Source: Alphaproteobacteria bacterium
GTDB lineage: Bacteria > Pseudomonadota > Alphaproteobacteria > GCA-2731375
Reading direction: 5' to 3'
NCBI GenBank assembly: GCA_965232515.1
Contig: CBDDPY010000002.1
Coordinates: 7,040,001-7,104,000 of the forward strand
DNA length: 64,000 nt
In this document: piece by piece, positions 51,401 through 60,400 of the stretch
How positions within the stretch are numbered: position 1 is the first letter of the stretch
Layout: every line of letters begins with the position of its first letter
Notes under the pieces: model-generated
Seen by the model: only the letters and a program-made list of their open reading frames with translations
Told to the model about the DNA's origin: nothing
Database searches by the model: none
Translations under genes and position numbers: made by a program

Positions 51401-54400
51401 GCCGGTGCCGGCCAGGACGTTGATCGTCCCGGTGTTGGTCAGCGTGCCAGAATCGACCGTCAGGCTGACCGGCCGCAACACGCCGGACTGCGTGTTCGTC
51501 AGCTCGATCAGGCCGGCGTTGGCGAAGTCGTCGCCGAATGTCAGGCTGGCGTTGTTGAACGCTGCGTCCAGCCGCAGCGTCGCCAGCGCATCATTGCTGC
51601 CGCCGCCGGACAGCGCCGACGTCCCCGCGACCGTCGTTGTGCCCTGGTTCTCGAACCCCGCAACGACGTCCGTGTTGATCAGGCTGAGGTCGTCGCTCTC
51701 ATTGATCAGGCGGCCCGGGCCGTTCACCGTGCTGCTGCGCAGTTCGACCGATAGGCTGGCGGCCGGGACGGTCAGATCGACGGGCAGGGCCAGCGTCACG
51801 CTGGCGAAATCGAGCTGCCCGGCGCCCGCGAAGGCCGTGCCGGCGGCGAACGTCGCATTGCCGCCGGTGATCGTCATCGTCTGCCCAGTCGCGACGTCCA
51901 GCGTCCCGCTGTTGCTGAACGCCGCGCCGTTGTTGTTGATCGTCGCGTCGGTGTCGGCGTCGATCAGGCCCTGGTTGTCGATCGTTCCGGTCAGGGTGCG
52001 TTGACCGCCGCCGGTGCCGGCCAGGATGTTGACCGTTCCGGTGTTGGTCAGTGTGCCGGCGTTCACCGACAGGCTGGCCGGCCGCAACACGCCGGATTGG
52101 GTGTTCGTCAGCTCAATCAGGCCGGCATTCGTAAAGTCTTGGCCGAGTGTCAGGCTCGCGTTGTTGAACGCCGCGTCGAGGCGCAGCGTCGCCAGCGCAT
52201 CATTGCTGCCGCCGCCGGACAGCGCCGACGTCCCCGCGACCGTGGCGATGCCCTGATTGGCGAAATCCGGGTTGACGGTCGTGTTGATCAGGCTGAGGCC
52301 GTCGCTGGCATTGATCAGGCGGCCCGGGCCGTTCACCGTGCTGCTGCGCAGTTCGACCGATAGGCTGGCGGCCGGGACGGTCAGATCGACGGGCAGGGCC
52401 AGCGTCACGCTGGCGAAATCGAGCTGCCCGTCGCCCGCGAAGGCCGTGCCGGCAGCGAACGTCGCGCTGCCGCCGGTGATCGTCAGCGTCTGTCCCGTCG
52501 CGACGTCCAGCGTCCCGCTATTGCTGAACGCCGCGCCGTTATTGCTGATCGTCGCGTCGGTGTCGGCGTCGATCAGGCCCTGGTTGTCGATCGTTCCGGT
52601 CAGGGTGCGTTGACCGCCGCCGGTGCCGGCCAGGATGTTGACCGTTCCGGTGTTGGTCAGCGTGCCGGCGTTCACCGACAGGCTGGCCGGCCGCAACACG
52701 CCGGATTGGGTGTTCGTCAGCTCAATCAGGCCGGCATTCGTAAAGTCGTCGCCGAGTGTCAGGCTCGCGTTGTTGAACGCCGCGTCGAGGCGCAGCGTCG
52801 CCAGCGCGTCATTGCTGCCGCCGCCGGACAGCGCCGACGTCCCTGCGATCGTCGCTGCGCCCCGGTTCTCGAACGCCGCGCCGAGCGTTGTGGAGACGAT
52901 CGTCGCCGTGCCTTGATTGTCGACTGTGCCGCTGCCACCGATCGTCGCATTCGAGATATCGGACGTGCCGATGAGCGTCAGGGTCTTGCCGGCAAGCGCC
53001 TTGGTGGCGGCGCCGCTGACGGTCGTTGCGCCGCTGACCGTGAAGCCGCCGGCGCCGGATAGCGTGCCGGCGGTCCAATCGAAGCTGCCGTCGATGTTGA
53101 CGTTGTCGGCGCCGCCGAACGTGCCGCCGGACAGCGTCAGCCCGGCACCGGCGTCGAAGTTCGACACCGCGGCGACGGTGAGCGTGCCGGCTGCGACGAT
53201 CACTTCGTCACCGACGGTCAGGCTGCCCAGATTCGTCGTGCCTGTGTCGTAGGTGACCGGGCCGGTGCCCGCCGGGATGATGACGTCGTCGCCGTCGGCC
53301 GGCACCACGCCGGCGTTCCAGTTGGCCGCCGTGTGCCAGGAGCCGTCGCCGGTGCCATTGGTGAAGGTGACCACGCCGGTGGTCACCACGGTCAGCGTCA
53401 GGTCGCCGGTCGGGGCATCGAGTACGGCGTCAAGCAGCAGGCCGCCGCCGAGGTTCAACCCGTTGATCGTGTCGAATGTACCGACCGTGCCGGCGGCGTC
53501 GAACACCAGGAAACTGTCGCCCGCGATCGGCGTGAAGCCGCCGATCAGCGTGATGTTCAGGGTGCCGGCAAGCGTCGCCGTACCGCTGATGGTAAGCAGA
53601 TCGAAAGTGCCGCCGGCGGTGCCGCCGAGCTCGATATTGAGCACGCCGTCGGCGGTCTGCGTATAGTCGCCGAGGATCGTAAAACCGCCGGCCGACGTGC
53701 CGGGGTTAAGCGCGCCGGCATTGGTGAAGGCGGCGCCTGCCACGTCGAGCGTGCCGAAGCCCTGAATGACGCCGGCGATCGCGTTCGTTACCGTACCGGC
53801 GGCGACGACGACGCTCTGGCCGGCGGCGATATCGATCAGACCGCTGTTGCTGACCGTGCCGCCGTTGTTGGTGATCGTTAGATTGGCGTCGACGTCCAGC
53901 GTGCCGCCGTTCGCAAAGTCGGCGCCGTTGTTGCTGACGACCAGGAACTGGCTGACGACGATAAGGCCCTGGTTGTCGATCGCGCCGATGATTTCGCGCG
54001 TGCCGCCGCTGCTGCCCGTCAGGCTGCGGATAACGCCGGTCGAACTGTTGACGAGCGTGCCGGTGACGATCTGCAGCGTTGCCCCACTGGCACCGGCATT
54101 CTGATTGGTCAACTCGATGACGCCGTCGTTCGTGAAACCAGAGAAGGCCTGCAATTGGGCGTCGAGGGCGTTCAGACCCTGTATCTGCAGCGTCGCCGTC
54201 GTCGTATTCGCGAAGTCGGCACCAAATGCGGTTCCGCCTTGGGCAATAAGACCGGCCTGATTGACGAACGGCACGTTCAGCGTGTCGCCGAACAGCAGGA
54301 AGTCGTCGCGGGCATTGGTCAGGCTGCCGGCGCCGTCCACCGTCACACCGCCCAGGTCAAGAATGACGCTGCCGTTGGTCAGCGTCAGGTCGATGTCGAG

Positions 54401-57400
54401 GATGAGGGCGCTGCCGCTGTTGAAGTTCAGGGTACCGGTGCCCAACAGGACCGTGCCGACGGCCAGCGTTGTCGCGCCGAAGTTGACTGCCAGCGTCTGA
54501 CCGGCGGCGATATCGATCGTTCCGGTATTGCTGACCGTGCCGCTGCCGTTCGAAATCGTCAGGTTGGCGTTGATGTCGAACAGTCCGCTGTTGCTGACCG
54601 AGCCGCCGCCGTTCGACACGATCAGGAAACCGTCGACGGTTACCGTGCCGCCGTTGTTGAAGCTGGCACTCGTATTGTCGATTTGCAGGCCGGTAACGAT
54701 ATTGAGCGCGCCCTGATTGTCGACCGAGCCGATAATCGTTCGGCCGCCGCCCCCGGTGCCGGCGATGCTGCGGATTTCGCCACCGACACTGTTCAGCAGC
54801 GTGCCGCTCAGGATCTGCAGCGTCGCGCCACTGGCGCCGGTGAAAATGTTCGACAGCTCGATAATGCCGTCATTGGTGAAGCCGGTACCGACGATCAGCC
54901 TGGCGTTGTCGACGGACGATCCCTCGATACGCAGTATCGCGGTCGCGGTATTGCCAACGCTGCCGTTCAGCGAGGTGCTGCGTTGCGCCGAGAGTGCGGC
55001 CTGATTGGTCAGGTTCGCATCGAGCGTGGCGCCGATCAGCGCCAAGTCGCCTTGATTGTCGATCGTGCCGACGCCGCCGATGGTCGTCGACAGCACGCTT
55101 GCGATGCCGCCGGCGGAGATTTCCAGCGTCGTGGCGTCGAGCGTCTTCACGCCGGCGCCGCTCACCGTCGTGCTGCCGCTCACGGCAACGCCGCCCGTCC
55201 CGGTCAGCGTGCCCGCGGACCATATGAAATTGCCCGCAATGCTGGTGCCGCCTGGCCCGCCATAAGCGCCGCCGGACAGCGTCAAGCCGGCGCTTGCATC
55301 GAAATTGGCTACCGTTGCGACGGTCAGCGTGCCCGCGGCGACGTCGACCGTATCGCCGGCGGTCAGGCTGTTCAGGTTCGTCGTGCTGGTGTCGTAGACG
55401 ACCGGTCCGGTCCCGGACGGGATGACCACGTCGTCGCCGTCGATCGGCGTCCGGCCGGTGTCCCAGTTGGCATCCGTGTGCCACGAGCCGTCGCCGCTGC
55501 CGTTGGTGAACGTCACCGTCGACGTGCCCGCGCCGGTGATCGTCACGGTGACGTCAGCGCTGTCCTCGCCGCCACTTCCGTCCGACACGGTGTAGCGGAA
55601 GCTGTCGGTCGTGGTTTCGCCCGGCGCCAGGGCATTGAAGGCGCCGGCCGGGTCGTAATTGACCGTGCCGTCGGGATTGATCGTCACCTGGCCCTGGGTG
55701 TCGAAGAAGGCCGTGTCGATGTCGATCACCTCCAGCACGTCGCCTGTGTCCTGATCGGTGTCGTTCGCCAGCACATCGATATCGACGGCGGCAAGATTGC
55801 TGGTGGCGGCGCCATCGGCCGACGTGTCGTCGACGGCGACCGGCAGGTCATTGATGTCGTTCACGGTGATCGTGAAGCCGGGGGTCGTCGCCGTGATCGA
55901 CAGGGAGTTCAGACGATAGTCTTCGTTTGTATCGTTCCGCGCGATGAAGAAGGTCAGCGGCGCGTCCGGATTCAACGGGTTGTTTGAGAAGTCGAAGGTG
56001 AAGCTGTCGCCACCTTCGGTGATGGTCATGGTCGTATCGCCGCCGTTACGGATCGCATAGACCAATCGGAACGGTTCGACGGCGCCCAGGCCGCCCTGGA
56101 CGAAGGCGAAGGTGGGCACGCTGTTGCCGTTGACCACGCCCTCGCGCACGAACCAGGACCCGGCGCTGTTGTCGGCGCGTTCCCAGGCGGTGATGTTGCT
56201 GCCGTCCAGCAACCCGAAGATGAAGTCGTTGTCGCCGGTGAGCGGCTCGTAGTCGATGTCGATCGTCACCGTGACGTCGTCGCGGTCCGCAGCCGGCAGC
56301 AGGTCATAGGTGAACAGAAACTGATCACCGCCGGCGTCCCCGGACGTGAAGTCGATCGCGCTGCCGCTGATCGTGCCGGTCTCGTTGAACGTGACGTCGG
56401 GGTTGCCGATCAGGTCCTGTCCGGTCTGCGTCGCGTCGAACAGCCGGCCGGCCGTGACGGTCAGACCGCCGCTGTCCTGCGCCGTCACCTGCACGGTGAC
56501 GGTCGGCTCGGTCTCGAAGTCCAGGCTGACGCCGTCCCGCAGCTTCAATTGATCGCCAACCACTTCGAAACGCGGGTCGTCGACGGTGAAGGTATGGCTG
56601 TCGCCGGTGTCGGGATCGATCGCGGTCAAGGTGCCGACCACGGCGCCGGGCGTGTTCTCGTCGACGCTGGCGTTGCTGAGCAGAATACTGCTCGGCGGGT
56701 CGTTCAGGCCGGTGACGCCAATGCTTGCCGTGGCCGTCGCCTCGCCGCCATTGCCGTCCGAGATCGTGTAATCGAAGCTGTCGATTACGGTATCGCCGGC
56801 GGGCAGATCGTCGAACTGCCCGTTCGGATCGTAGGCGAAGCTGCCGTCGGCGTTGAGGGTCAGCAGCGCCCCTGAGGCCAGCGCAATCTGTACACCGACG
56901 CTGGCCGCCGAACCGTTCACCGCCGATACGGTGAGCGCGTCACCGTCAGGGTCGTCGTCCAAGCCGCTGCCGTTGTCGACCAGCACGTTGCCCGCCGTCA
57001 GTGTATTCTGGTCGGTGACAAAGGCATCGGCCCGCGCCACGGGGTCGTTATTGACACCGGTGACCGTGACCGTGGCGGTCGCCGTGGCGGTACCGCCGTT
57101 GCCATCCGAAATCGTGTAGTCGAAGCTGTCCGATCGGGCGCTGCCGACACCGAGATCGTCGAACTGGCCATTGGGATCGTAGGTGAACGTGCCATCGGCA
57201 TTCAGGGTCAGCAGCGCGCCCGAGGCCAGGCTGATTGGATTGCCGATGTCGGCCGGCTGCCCGTTGACGGCGATCACCGTCAACGGGTCGCCTTCGGGAT
57301 CGCTGTCCGGACCGCTGCCATCGCCGGCCAGCACGTTCTCCGTCGTCAGCGGCGTGTTCTCGTCGGTGACGAAGAAGTCGTCCAGCGCCACGGGACCGTC

Positions 57401-60400
57401 GTTGACGCCGGTGACGGTAACAGTCGCCGTCGCCGTCGCGGTGCCGCCGTTGCCGTCCGAAATCGTGTAGTCGAAGCTGTCGTCCCGGCTCTGACCATCA
57501 CCGAGGTCTTCGAACTGCCCGTTCGGGTCATAGGCGAAGGTTCCGTCGGCGTTCAGCGTCAACAGGGCGCCGGAGGCCAGTGCGATCTGGCTGCCGACGG
57601 CCGCCGCCTGGCCGTTGACTTCCGTCACCGTCAGTGGATCGCCGTCGACATCGCTGTCCGCCCCGCTGCCGTTGTCGGCCAGCACGCTGCCGCCGGTGAG
57701 CGCAGTGTCTTCATCGATCGTGAAGGCGTCGGGCTGCGCCACCGGCGCCGTGTTGTCGAACGCGCCCGTAATGGTGATGTCGACGGTCGCGGTATCGCTG
57801 GCGCCATCGTTGTCCGAGAGCGTGTATTGGAAACTGTCGTTGGCAGTTTCGCCGGTCGTGAGGCTGTCGAATTGACCGTTGGGGTCGTAGGTAAAGGTGC
57901 CGTCGGCGTTGAGCGTCAGCAGCGCACCCGAGCCCAAGGTGATCTGATTGCCGACATCGGCGGTCTCGCCGTTTACCGCGCTCACCGTAAGGACGGCGCT
58001 GTCGACATCGCTGTCCGGCCCGTTGCCGTTGTCGGCCAACACATTGCCGCTGGTCAGCGCGGTGTCTTCGTCCGTCGTGAAGCCGTCTGCTTGCGCAACC
58101 GGTGCGTCGTTGACGCCGGTGACGGTAACCGTGGCCGTCGCCGACGCGCTGCCGCCCCGGCCGTCGGAGATCGTGTAGTCGAAGCTGTCGTCCCGGCTCT
58201 GGCCCACGGCCAGATCGTCGAACTGTCCGTTCGGATCGTAGGCGAAGCTGCCGTCGGCGTTCAGCGTCAGGAGCGCGCCGGAGGCCAGCGTGATCTGGGC
58301 GCCGATATCGGCCGGCGAGCCGTTCACAGCCGAGACGGTCAGCGGGTCGTCGGCATCGCTGTCGGGGCCGTTGCCGTTATCGGCCAGCACATTGCCGCCG
58401 GCGAGCGCCGTATCCTCGTCCGTAGAGAAGGCGTCATCCTGGGCGATGGGAACTTCGTTCGCCCCCGTCACCGTGATCGTGACGGTGGCGCTGTCGAATC
58501 CGCCCTGGCCGTCCGAGACGGTATAGTCGAAGCTGTCCGATCCGGTCTGGCCGACGTCGAGGCCGTCGAACTGGCCATTCGGATCGTAGCTGAAGCTGCC
58601 GTCGGCGTTCAGGGTCAGGAGAGCGCCCGACGACAGCGCGACCTGATTGCCGACGTCGGCCGGATCGCCGTTGACCTCGGCAATGCTCAAACTGTCACCG
58701 TCGATATCGGCGTCCGCGCCGCTGCCGTTGTCGGCCAGCACGTTGCCGCCGATCAGCGCGCTGTCTTCATCCGTCGTGAACGCGTCCGCTTGCGCAACGG
58801 GGCCGTCGTTGACGCCGGTGACCGTGACGGTGGCGGTCACCGTCGCGGTGCCGCCGTTGCCGTCGGAAACGGTGTAGTCGAAGCTGTCGTCCCGGCTCTG
58901 GCCGACGCCGAGGTCCTCGAACTGTCCGTTCGGCTCGTAAGCAAACGTGCCGTCCGCATTCAAGGTCAGCAGCGCACCCGAGGCCAAGATGATCTGACTG
59001 CCGATATTGGCCGACTGACCGTTGACTTCCGTGACCGTCAGCGCATCGCCATCGAGATCGATGTCCGGTCCAGCGCCATTGTCGAGCAGCACGTTGCCGG
59101 TGACGAGCGGCGTCGCTTCGTTGGTCGTGAAGGAATCGTCCCGCCCCAGCGGATCGTTGTTGATGCCGGTGAGCGTGATATCCACGTCGTCGAAGCGGAT
59201 GGTCTCGATGCCGGTCAACGTGTCAGTGCCGTCTGGACCGACGATTGTCGCCGTGCCGACACCGGTGATGGTGACGTCGGAATCATCGACGCTGCCGCCG
59301 ATGACCGCGATATCGTCGCCGTCACCGCCGTCCAACTGGTCGTTGCCGGCACCGCCGGTCAGCTGATCATTGCCGGCGCCGCCGATCAGTTGATCATCGC
59401 CGCCGCGTCCAATCAGAATGTCGTCGCCGCCGGCGCCATCCAGCACGTTGGCGGCATCGTCGCCGGCAATCGTGTCATTGCCCGGACCGCCTGTCGCGTT
59501 CTCAATCGCGATCAGTTCATCACTGTCGACGTCCAAGCCGCTTGCCGTGCCGGCGGCCAGATCGATTTCGACGCCGGATGCGGCGCTGGGATAGATAATC
59601 GTGTCGGTGCCGGGTCCGCCGTCGTAAACGTCGTCGCCTTCGCCTTCGCCTGCGACGATGACATCGTCTCCTGGTCCGCCGACGACCTGATCGTCACCGG
59701 CGCCGCCAGTCAGCCGGTCGTTGCCGCTGCCGCCGTCGAGGGTGTCGTTTCCAGGACCGCCGATCAAGATATCGTCGTCGTCGCCGCCGGCAATCACATC
59801 GTTTCCGGCTCCGCCATCCAACAGATCGCTGCCGCCAAAGCCGTCAACCTGGTCGTCGCCGTCCGTGCCGACGATCACGTCGGCCGCGGGCGACCCGCTG
59901 AACGTGGTCGGTCCCGTAGGCGGTGTCGTGACCAGTTGATCTTCAGAAGTGCTGCCGTTCGTCGTCGTCGTTGCATCGTCGGACGACGCCGTCGCCGCCG
60001 GATCGCCGGCGGCGATCTGGTCATCGTCGGCTGCTCCGACCGTCGCATCCGCGACCGGATCGAAGGCCTCGAGCGCCGCAATCAGCGTCTCGGATACCGC
60101 GGGTATGGTTGTCTCCGATGCGCCGGCCGCGGGAGCGATCCCCGCCAATTGCTCCGGAGTTAGATCGCCATCCTCGGCCTCGGCCCGCTGCGTTTCGCCA
60201 TCTTCCTGGATGTCGCCGCGTCGCTGACGGGTGCCCGACTGCGATTCCAAAATGCGCACGGCGCCGCCGAACAACGCCCGCATTTCATCCGGCGCAATCA
60301 CGAACGTCTCGCCCGGTGTCGCGAAGAAGCTGACGACTTCAGTCGATTGGAACGCTTCGGAGAGAATGCGTTGGCCGGCCGCATTGCTGATGCTGACCAG

